A stretch of 31,592 nt of DNA from Elusimicrobiota bacterium (lineage in GTDB: Bacteria; Elusimicrobiota; Elusimicrobia; UBA1565). The notes beneath the pieces were generated by a model. That model ran no database searches, had not been told where the DNA came from, and was given only the letters and a program-made list of their open reading frames with translations. The stretch spans positions 1 to 31,592 of the forward strand of contig JBDREN010000114.1 in NCBI GenBank assembly GCA_043819795.1, given 5' to 3'. Below are positions 18,069-26,166 of this stretch, piece after piece. The stretch's first letter is position 1; each line of letters starts with the position of its first letter. Both the position numbers and the translations under genes were made by a program.

Positions 18069-18830
18069 TTCGGATCGCTCGCCGTCCGGGCGACCTACAA
18101 GAACGCGGCCGCGGACATACTCATCACCGAGCTCGCGCGGACAGGCCGCTTGGTCTTGGTGGAGCGGGAGCGGCTCGACAAGGTGTTCGACGAGCAGAAG
18201 CTGGCCGCGGCCGGCTTCGTGGAGGCGGACACCGCGGCCGAGATGGGCCGCCTACTGGGTCTCAACGCGGTCGTGCTGGGGACCATCTCGAACTTCGGAG
18301 CGGCCACCAAGGGCTCGGACTACATCATCGGCCGGCGCAAGAATCTCTCGGCCTCGGCCACCGTGGACGTCCGGGTCGTCGACGCGGAGACCGCCGAGGT
18401 CGTCTACGCGGACAGCGGGAGGGGAGAGGCCTCGAGCTCCACGGGGGAAGTCCTTGGGATGGGCTCCAGGCAGGAATACGACGAGGCCCTGGAGGGCGAC
18501 GCCCTGCGCGCCGCCATCAGCCAGCTGGCGAAGAACATCTCACGCCGGATAGACCTGCAGCGATGGTCCTGCCGGGTGGCGGACCTCGAAGGCGGGCGGG
18601 TCCTCCTCGACGCGGGCAAGACATCGGGCCTGCGCAGGGACCAGAAGCTCGCGGTCTACCGCCTGGGCCGCGAGGTCAAGAGCCCCGCGACCGGCAAGGT
18701 CATCGGACGCACCCGAGAGAAGATCGGGGAGCTGCGCATCGTTGATTTCTTCGGCGCGGACGGGTCGGTGGCGACGTTCACCGGCAAAGAGCTCCCCAAG
18801 CGCGGGGATGTCGTCCTCCTCCCCGAGTAA
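18069..18830 (+). pseudogene. 5'-truncated CsgG/HfaB-family protein with FlgT-C-like tail
   Basis: In-frame from 18069: AAADILITELARTGRLVLVERERLDKVFDEQKL...GTISNFG...VDVRVVDAETAEVVYADSGRG; tail VLLDAGKTSGL...VKSPATGKVIG. In-frame TGA at 18066; no signal peptide or ATG start. Confidence 0.7.
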
Positions 18831-19283
18831 TCTTCATCTCCACCCTCCGCCGGCGATACCGGTCTCCGGTGAAAATCCACATAACCATACGGCCGAACCT
18901 TCAAACATCAACTTGAAGGCTGGATCGCTGGCCCACCCATCCCCCGGCAAGTCCCCGCTGCTATGATAGACGCGATTCGCCGACTTGCCACGGACAGAGC
19001 GCTGACAATCGCACAGAAATAGATATTTAAAAGCAACGGCTTTCGGACCAGTCAGCCGCGCCGCGGGAATGGGACGTAAGCCGTGTCACTCTCCGCATCA
19101 GTTTGACGCGGAACGGGATGTGGGTGCCAGGAGCAAGAGGCCTCTTTTCTTCTCACGCTTTCATATCATCTTTCGATTCTCCCGCCGATGACGAGGTGAC
19201 CCGCCAAAGAGTTTCGGCTTTTGGCATTCCTTTTTTATGGATTGTATGTATTTTCTAATTGTTTTGTGAACCACAGGTTGGTA

Positions 19284-19312
19284 TTGTCTCCTGACCGTCC
19301 GGTTGCTATAAT
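19284..19312 (+). promoter_or_regulatory. Sigma70-type promoter for the collagen-like gene
   Basis: TTGTCT (19284-19289), 17-bp spacer, TATAAT (19307-19312) with extended -10 TG at 19304-19305; AT-rich upstream. Confidence 0.7.
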
Positions 19313-19400
19313 ATATCACGAGGCAGCGAGGCAGTCTTCGTTTTCTTTCCGCCCTTTGTGCCTCGAATCCCGAGAACCATTCCAACGAGGAGGTCGTTCC

Positions 19401-20444
19401 ATGAGGAAGCTTCTAGTCTCCGCCGTCTGTTTGACGTTCCTATTCGGCATCTTGGGCGTCAATGCGCCTGCGCAAAAAATGAAGGATAAGAATACTGGCC
19501 CGAGCGGACAACCGTTCCAGAAGATCGACGGCGAAGTCGATGGATTGAACGACGACGTCAAGGACTTGAACACCAAGACCGAAGAGCTGGACACCGGGAT
19601 CGCTGACCTCCAGTCGGCCGTGAACACTCTGCGAACAGACCTGGAAGAGATCGAGTTGACTCCTGGTCCAATCGGTCCGATCGGCCCGCAGGGCATTCAG
19701 GGAGTGAAGGGCGATAAAGGCGACCAGGGCATTCAGGGTGTGCAGGGCGAGGTCGGCCCGGTCGGCCCCCAGGGTGAGATTGGCCCGATCGGCCCGCAGG
19801 GTATGCAGGGCGATAAGGGCGACAAGGGTGACACCGGCGAGCAGGGCATTCAGGGCGTGAAGGGCGATAAAGGCGACCAGGGTGACACCGGCGAGCAGGG
19901 CATTCAGGGCGTGAAGGGCGACCAGGGCAATACCGGCGCGACGGGCGCCAAGGGCGCGACGGGTGCCACCGGAGCCCAGGGCTATCAAGGCCCGGTAGGC
20001 CCGCAAGGCCCGACTGGTCTGCTTGATAACGCCACGCTGAACATCCTCGTCAACTCCATTTGCGACAACTGGGAAGCAACGGGAGCATCGGGCGCGACCG
20101 TGGTGGATATGTGCGCTCCTAAGGCGGCGACGGTGGCCCAGAGCCAGGCCCCCGCGATTCCCAGTGGGCAGAAGTTCAGCTGCTACATCAACGGCTCATA
20201 CAGCTACACCCACTGCCGGGTCATGCAGTGGAAAGGCTATACGTATTGGGCTTTCAGCTACACAAACAACAGTGGAGCGTTCAACATCGTCGCAGCCAAG
20301 GGGAAGACGATCGTGAAGCAATGGTCTCGGGGTGGAGCGAGGTACAGCAACGACGTCATCATAAACATGGCGGCCCAGTCCACGTCGTTCGTGGGGCAGG
20401 GTGGCGCCAAGGTCACGATGACCTGGGCCGAGCTTCGCATCTAG
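19401..20444 (+). CDS. Secreted collagen-like protein: signal peptide, coiled coil, ~40 Gly-X-Y triplets, globular C-terminal domain (347 aa)
   Basis: GAGGAGG RBS before ATG 19401; MRKLLVSAVCLTFLFGILGVNAPA signal; heptad-like IDGEVDGLNDDVKDLNTKTEELDTGIADLQSAVNTL; uninterrupted GXY from 19665 to 20024. Confidence 0.9.
   Translation: MRKLLVSAVCLTFLFGILGVNAPAQKMKDKNTGPSGQPFQKIDGEVDGLNDDVKDLNTKTEELDTGIADLQSAVNTLRTDLEEIELTPGPIGPIGPQGIQGVKGDKGDQGIQGVQGEVGPVGPQGEIGPIGPQGMQGDKGDKGDTGEQGIQGVKGDKGDQGDTGEQGIQGVKGDQGNTGATGAKGATGATGAQGYQGPVGPQGPTGLLDNATLNILVNSICDNWEATGASGATVVDMCAPKAATVAQSQAPAIPSGQKFSCYINGSYSYTHCRVMQWKGYTYWAFSYTNNSGAFNIVAAKGKTIVKQWSRGGARYSNDVIINMAAQSTSFVGQGGAKVTMTWAELRI
19825..19921 (+). 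repeat. 43-bp exact direct repeat (54-bp period) inside the collagen region
   Basis: AGGGTGACACCGGCGAGCAGGGCATTCAGGGCGTGAAGGGCGA at 19825-19867 and 19879-19921. Confidence 0.9.
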
Positions 20445-20465
20445 TAACCGTTCGTTCCTTTCGAT

Positions 20466-20507
20466 TGAAAAGCGAAGGGGGGCTCTGAGAGCCCCCCTTC
20501 CTTTTCA
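20466..20507. terminator. Intrinsic terminator, probably bidirectional
   Basis: Perfect 12-bp stem GAAGGGGGGCTC / GAGCCCCCCTTC (20474-20500) flanked by TGAAAAG and CTTTTCA. Confidence 0.85.
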
Positions 20508-20620
20508 TCCAATTTCTCTCCATCCCGTGCCGCCTGCTTCTGTCTGTTGGGATGCCCTCAGGATTCCATCGGCGATGCGCGCCCCATTGATTCCCGCGCT
20601 CGAATGAGCTATCAATTGCC

Positions 20621-21352
20621 ATGCGCCTGAGAGCGTCGATCCTCCTGATTTCTTGCCTGTGCGCGGGGGCCTCGCTGTACGCGGGGGAGTTGCGCGTCGG
20701 CACATGGAACATCCACAAGGGCAAGCGTCTCGACAGGGTCCTGGAGGAGCTCAAAGAGCCCCCCCTGTCCGATTGCGACGTCCTGGCCCTCCAAGAGGTG
20801 CTGACCGGGGAGGAGGGCCGGCAAGCCAAGGAGATCGCGGAGGCCCTCGGGGCTCGAAGCGTGAACGCGGGGAGGGACGTCATCGTCTCCAGGCTCCCCA
20901 TCCTGGACTCGGGGGAGATCACCCTCCGCCGGGGGCGCAGCGCGGCCTGGGCGGACCTCCGGGACTCCGCGGGCCGCGCCCTCCGCGTCTACGACGTCCA
21001 CCTAACCTACAAGGTCGGCTGGCATCCATTCATCCCCGAAGTCAGGGCGGGCGAAATGCGGACGCTGCTCGAGCACGCCAAGACCTTCGACGGCCCCGTC
21101 ATCATCCTCGGGGATTTCAACACGGTCGGCTGGTTCGTCTGCTGCCACCGCGACGCGCCCCTGCTCGGCCTCCTGCGCGACGCGGGCTTCCGCGAAGCCG
21201 GGATCGAGGGCGGGACCCAGCGCCTGGTGGGCACGGTGGACTGGATCTTCGCGAGGGGTCTCGTTATCAAGGATGCCCGCCGCGGGGACTACGCGGGCTC
21301 CGATCACCGGTGGATCACCGCCACGCTGGAGACGCCCGCCGCAAGCCATTAG
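20621..21352 (+). CDS. Exported endonuclease/exonuclease/phosphatase (EEP) family protein
   Basis: Signal peptide; TWNIHKG, LALQEV, VHL, ILGDFN, VDWIF, SDH. Confidence 0.9.
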   Translation: MRLRASILLISCLCAGASLYAGELRVGTWNIHKGKRLDRVLEELKEPPLSDCDVLALQEVLTGEEGRQAKEIAEALGARSVNAGRDVIVSRLPILDSGEITLRRGRSAAWADLRDSAGRALRVYDVHLTYKVGWHPFIPEVRAGEMRTLLEHAKTFDGPVIILGDFNTVGWFVCCHRDAPLLGLLRDAGFREAGIEGGTQRLVGTVDWIFARGLVIKDARRGDYAGSDHRWITATLETPAASH

Positions 21353-21553
21353 CACCCGCCGCGCGCCCCGGGCGGCGCCCCGATGGCCGCGCCGGGCTCG
21401 GCCTTCGGGGATGACCGCGCCGGTCTTCCCGCGGGCCAAGCCCGACGCCGCGACACTTTCTCGCGGACGCGGGCGTCTAAATATGGAGTCCGCGGACGAG
21501 CGGTAGCCGGCGGATTCCCAAAATGGCTATACTCCCTAGCTTCAGGACGGCGC

Positions 21554-24500
21554 ATGGACCAGACCCGACACGATAGACCGCCCGAACCGCCTCCGCCGAT
21601 GTCCGAGAGGTTCATCGCCTATTTCGCCGGCAGGCATCTGCTGACCAACCTCACCTTCCTGGTCGTGCTCCTGGGCGGAGCCTACGCCTGGCGGCAGACC
21701 CGCAAGGAGGAGATGCCGTCGGTCACCTTCGACCGCGTCCGCGTCTCCGTCCGGTATCCGGGCGCGCCGGCCGAGGACGTGGAATACTTCGTCACCAAGC
21801 CCGTCGAGGAGAACCTCCGGGGGCTCGACGGGGTCTACCGGCTCGAGAGCACCAGCAGCGTGGGGCAGGCGAGCGTCTCGATCGAGCTGGAGCCGGACCT
21901 CCCCAACATGGACGAAGTCGTCATGGAGATCCGCAACGCGGTCCTCGACACCAAGTTCCCGGACGACGTCATCGACGACCCCTCCATACGGATCTTCAAG
22001 ACCGCGAAGATGGCCATCCTGGACATCGCGGTCTACAACAAGGACGTCCCCATGCTGGACCTGGAGAAGCGCCGCGAGCTGCAGCGGTACGCCTTCGCCC
22101 TGGAGAACCAGCTCCTGAACCTGCCGCATGTGAACAGCATCAATAAGAGCGGCTACCTCCAGGAGGAGATCCAGGTCCGGGTCCACCCCGACAAGCTGGT
22201 CCGCTACGACATCCCCTTCAACGCCATCCTCAGGGAGATACGGGCCAACCACCTGCGCCAGCCCGCGGGGACCATCGAGGCCAAGGGGGAGCCCAAGGTG
22301 ACCTTGCTCTCCGAGCTGAACACCCCCGCCCGTCTGGGGGATCTCGTGGTCCAGGGAGGCTTCGAGGGACAGGTGATCCGCCTGAAGGAAGCCGCGGACA
22401 TCGAGTCCGGCTACGAGAAGAACATGCAGGTCATCAAGGTGAACGGCCGCGAGGCCGTGATGCTCAACGTGGTCAAGAGCCCATCCTACGGCATCCTCGA
22501 TTCGCTGGACGCGGTGCGCAAGGTCTTGGAGAGCTACCGAAAGCGGAACCTCAAGGGCACCACGTTCGAGGCCGTTATGCTCGACGACGAGTCCATCGAC
22601 GTGCGCAACCGGCTCTCGCTGATCGGCATCAACGGCTCCATCGGCTTCCTCCTCATCCTGGCCACCCTCTTCATCTTCCTGGACAAGCAATCCGGCTTCT
22701 GGGTGGCCATGGGCATCCCGTTCAGCCTCTGCATGACCATGATCGCGTCCAATTGGCTGGGCTACACGATCAACGGCACGACCTTGGCCGCGGTCATCAT
22801 CGTGCTCGGCATCGTGGTGGACGACGCCATAGTGGTCGCGGAGAACATCACCCGCGAGATCCAGAAAGGCGTCGCGAGAAACGTCGCGGCGGTCAAGGCC
22901 ACGGCCTACGTGATGCTGCCCATACTCGCCAGCATCACCACGACCTGTGTGGCCTTCATCCCCCTATTCTTCTTCTCGGGCCATTTCGGCCGCTTCGTCA
23001 CGTTCATCCCCCCCATCATCTTCCTGATGCTGGGCGCCAGCCTCTTCGAGTCCGTGCTCATCCTCCCCGGCCACATGGCCATGAAGATGCGCCTCCCCTG
23101 GTCCAAGCGCATCGAAAACGGGGTGATGGACGCGCCGGGCCATTGGTTCGGGCGGGTGGAGGACCGGTACGGCCGCTTCCTGGAGAAGGTCCTGCCCTAC
23201 AAATGGCTCGTGTTCCTGGGGCTCATCCTCCTGCTGGTCCTCTCGGGCTTCCTCATCACCAAACGCATGAAGTTCGTCATGTTCCCCGCCGAGGAGACCC
23301 GCGACATCACCCTGACCGGCCTCACTCCGCCCGACTCCACCCGCTACGACACAGCGAAGATGACCCAGAACATCGAGGACATCATCGTCCCCATGATCGG
23401 CAAGGAGGTCGTGGGCTTCAGGACGATGATCGCCCGCGGCCGGAGGGGCGGGGCCGTGCAGGAGAACCAGTTCCGCACCTTGATCGAGATCGTCCCCAAG
23501 GAGAAGCGCGAGCGGTCCGCCGATGAGATCGTCTCGGAGCTGGAGGAGAAGATCGGCCGCCTCGAGGGCTTCACCAAGATCCAGTTCCGCAAGAGCCGCT
23601 GGGGGCAGTCCTCCGGCAGCCCCATCGAGCTGCTCGTCCAGCAGAACGACGACGCGCTGCGCCGCGAGATCGTCGACGAGATGAAAAGGAAGTTCCAGGA
23701 GCACCCGGCGCTGGCCAACGCCGAGATCGACGAGGGCTTCTTCACCCAGGAGTACCGCATCTCCCTCGACCGCGAGAAGATCAAGCGGCTCTCCATCACC
23801 CCGACCGACGTATCCTCGACCTTCCGCGCCGCGCTCGAGGGCATCGTGGTCTACGAGTTCTCCAACGGGGACGAGGAGGTCCGCGTCCGCCTGACCACCG
23901 TGGACTCCGCGAAGGACGACATAGAGAAGGTCCTCAGCATCCCGGTGGAGAACACGCGCAACTACCTGGTCCCCCTGCGCAATATCGTCTCGATCGAGAA
24001 GGTCGTCTCCCCCACGAGCATCTCGCGGCGCGACATGAAGCGGACGACCCGCGTCTACGCGGACATGGCGGACGGGGCGAAGATGACGCCTTTGGAGGTC
24101 GCCGACGACCTCGAGGCCAACGTGTTCCCGGACATCCTGTCGAAGCATCCCACCACCACTCTGGCGTTCACGGGGGAGGTGGAGGACACCCGCGAGTCCA
24201 AGAAGGACTTCCGGAACGCGGTCCTCCTGGCCGTCCTCCTCATCTACGTCATCCTCGCGATCCTTTTCGACTCCGCGGTCAAGCCCCTGCTCATCATGCT
24301 GGCCATCCCCTTCGGCGTCGTCGGCGTGGCCCTAGCCTTCTTCCTGCACGGCAAGGTCCTCTTCGGCTTCTTCGCCGCGGTCGGCGCCCTGGGGCTCTCG
24401 GGCGTCGTGATCAACGATTCCATCGTCATGCTGGTCAAGCTCGACGACGAGCTCAAGGACGGCCCCTCCCCCGCGGACTGCGACCGGCGCATCGCGGACG

Positions 24501-24730
24501 TGGCCAAGACCCGCCTGCGCGCCGTCGTCCTGACGACGCTGACCACCGTCGTCGGAGTCCTTCCCACTGCCTACGGCCTCGCCGGCTACGACGCCATGCT
24601 CGCCGAGATGATGCTGGCGCTCTCCTGGGGGCTGGTATTCGGCACCGTGATCACTCTGGTGCTCATCCCGTGCCTCTGCAGCCTGGAGCAAGGCATCCGC
24701 GCACGCCTAAGAAGGGAGGATGCGGGATGA
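21554..24730 (+). CDS. RND efflux permease (AcrB/AcrD/AcrF family)
   Basis: YPGAPAEDVEYFVTKPVEE, GIVVDDAIVVAEN, GVVINDSIV, RLRAVVLTTLTT. Start likely ATG 21554 (AGGA upstream) or 21599, not 21383. Confidence 0.93.
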   Translation: MDQTRHDRPPEPPPPMSERFIAYFAGRHLLTNLTFLVVLLGGAYAWRQTRKEEMPSVTFDRVRVSVRYPGAPAEDVEYFVTKPVEENLRGLDGVYRLESTSSVGQASVSIELEPDLPNMDEVVMEIRNAVLDTKFPDDVIDDPSIRIFKTAKMAILDIAVYNKDVPMLDLEKRRELQRYAFALENQLLNLPHVNSINKSGYLQEEIQVRVHPDKLVRYDIPFNAILREIRANHLRQPAGTIEAKGEPKVTLLSELNTPARLGDLVVQGGFEGQVIRLKEAADIESGYEKNMQVIKVNGREAVMLNVVKSPSYGILDSLDAVRKVLESYRKRNLKGTTFEAVMLDDESIDVRNRLSLIGINGSIGFLLILATLFIFLDKQSGFWVAMGIPFSLCMTMIASNWLGYTINGTTLAAVIIVLGIVVDDAIVVAENITREIQKGVARNVAAVKATAYVMLPILASITTTCVAFIPLFFFSGHFGRFVTFIPPIIFLMLGASLFESVLILPGHMAMKMRLPWSKRIENGVMDAPGHWFGRVEDRYGRFLEKVLPYKWLVFLGLILLLVLSGFLITKRMKFVMFPAEETRDITLTGLTPPDSTRYDTAKMTQNIEDIIVPMIGKEVVGFRTMIARGRRGGAVQENQFRTLIEIVPKEKRERSADEIVSELEEKIGRLEGFTKIQFRKSRWGQSSGSPIELLVQQNDDALRREIVDEMKRKFQEHPALANAEIDEGFFTQEYRISLDREKIKRLSITPTDVSSTFRAALEGIVVYEFSNGDEEVRVRLTTVDSAKDDIEKVLSIPVENTRNYLVPLRNIVSIEKVVSPTSISRRDMKRTTRVYADMADGAKMTPLEVADDLEANVFPDILSKHPTTTLAFTGEVEDTRESKKDFRNAVLLAVLLIYVILAILFDSAVKPLLIMLAIPFGVVGVALAFFLHGKVLFGFFAAVGALGLSGVVINDSIVMLVKLDDELKDGPSPADCDRRIADVAKTRLRAVVLTTLTTVVGVLPTAYGLAGYDAMLAEMMLALSWGLVFGTVITLVLIPCLCSLEQGIRARLRREDAG

Positions 24731-26166
24731 CGGCCGTCCGCCGGATCCTTCCCGCCATAGCCGCCGCGGCGCTCCTGGCCGCGACGGCGCTCGCCGAGGA
24801 GGCCAAGCCGGCCGAAGAACCCCCCACGCTATCCATGGAGGAGTTCCTGCGGCTGGCGGCGCGCAGCGACACGGAGTTCGAGGAGATCCTGGTCTCGGAG
24901 CTGGCGCTGCGCTACCGGAAAGACCTGCGGATTCCGGCGCGGGACCTCGTGCTGTCGGTCAAGGAGGATTTCACCGTTTCCCTGGAAGAAAGCGACCGGG
25001 ACGCGCGCACAGCGGCGGGCCTGAGCAAGCTCTTCCCCATGACGGGAACCGAGGTCTCCGCCGCCTACAGCGTCACCCCTGCGGCCGGCGCCGGAGACGC
25101 GTCCTCGGAGCTAGCGTTCACCCTGTCGCAGCCCATCGCCGAGAACGCCTTCGGCCGCTCGACGCGCCTACTCGATAAGATCGTCGGCATCGAGACGGAC
25201 GTGGCCCGCCACCAGATCGTCGAGGCGTATGAGGATTACCTGGCGGCCATACAGGTCTTCTACCTGGACTGGTACGAGGCCTACGAGAACCTGCAGGTCG
25301 GCCGCTCATCCTACCAGGAGAACCTGAAGCTCCTCGAAAACATGCGCCAGCGCGAGAATGCCCGGATCGCCAAGCCCATCGACGTCAACAAGGCCAGGCT
25401 GCAGGTCCTCGGCAGGAAGGACAGGCTCGTGGCTCTGGAGGAGGCCTACGAGAGCCGCATGAACCTCGTAAAGCGCGTCCTGCGCCACGCCGGGGAGCGG
25501 CCCCTCGTCCCGCGCGCCCCCGCCCCCCCGGCCGCCCCCGAAGAGGCGCTCGACGCGCAGGTCGCGCGCTTCCGCGAGGCGAGCCGCACCAGCCGGATGC
25601 TCCGCATGCTCGAGGAGAAAAGCTCGCTCGACGCCGCCCGCGACGCCGACGACCTCCTTCCGTCGATCCGGCTCCTCGTTGAATACCAGCGCGAAGGCAG
25701 CAAGGCCGGCATCCGGCAGCCGGACAATCGCGTGCTCGCCGGGGTCTCGCTCGAATGGCCCTTCTCGGACCAGAGACAGGAAGCCGAGCACGAGGTATCG
25801 AAGATCGCCGAGCGCCGGACGCGGCTCTCCGCCCAAAACACTCTCGTGCGCCTGCTGACGGAGATCCGCAACCTTCACCTGCGCCTGGAGCGGGAGCGGC
25901 GGCTCAAGGAGATCGCCGAGGAAGAGATCGGGCTCGCCGGATCCATCCTAAAAGACGAGTCGGAGAACTACACCTACGCCAAGGCATCGCTCAACGACTA
26001 CATCTCCGCGGTCAACATACTCGACAACAACCGGTTCAACCAGATCCAGCACGAGGTACTCTGGCTGAAGCTGCGGGTGGAGTGGCTGCGGATAACGGAC
26101 CGGATGGTGAGCGCGGACGATATCCGCCGGCGCCACGAGGACGCCTACCCCGCCTTCGGCGATTGA
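24727..26166 (+). CDS. TolC-family outer membrane efflux protein
   Basis: ATGA overlap at 24727; signal peptide MTAVRRILPAIAAAALLAATALA; LAFTLSQPI, LLPSIRL, AGVSLEWPF; long helical segments. Confidence 0.82.
   Translation: MTAVRRILPAIAAAALLAATALAEEAKPAEEPPTLSMEEFLRLAARSDTEFEEILVSELALRYRKDLRIPARDLVLSVKEDFTVSLEESDRDARTAAGLSKLFPMTGTEVSAAYSVTPAAGAGDASSELAFTLSQPIAENAFGRSTRLLDKIVGIETDVARHQIVEAYEDYLAAIQVFYLDWYEAYENLQVGRSSYQENLKLLENMRQRENARIAKPIDVNKARLQVLGRKDRLVALEEAYESRMNLVKRVLRHAGERPLVPRAPAPPAAPEEALDAQVARFREASRTSRMLRMLEEKSSLDAARDADDLLPSIRLLVEYQREGSKAGIRQPDNRVLAGVSLEWPFSDQRQEAEHEVSKIAERRTRLSAQNTLVRLLTEIRNLHLRLERERRLKEIAEEEIGLAGSILKDESENYTYAKASLNDYISAVNILDNNRFNQIQHEVLWLKLRVEWLRITDRMVSADDIRRRHEDAYPAFGD

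Noticed and set aside
19221..19240. TTGGCA as a sigma54 -24 element
   Set aside because: No TTGC at the -12 position; a good sigma70 promoter lies downstream
19665..20024. Repetitive DNA resembling a CRISPR or satellite array
   Set aside because: Fully explained by Gly-X-Y codons; no repeat-spacer structure and no cas genes
25755..26165. Extended hrpB N-terminus suggesting a fusion
   Set aside because: Overlaps TolC out of frame; ATG 26166 in a TGATG junction is the natural start
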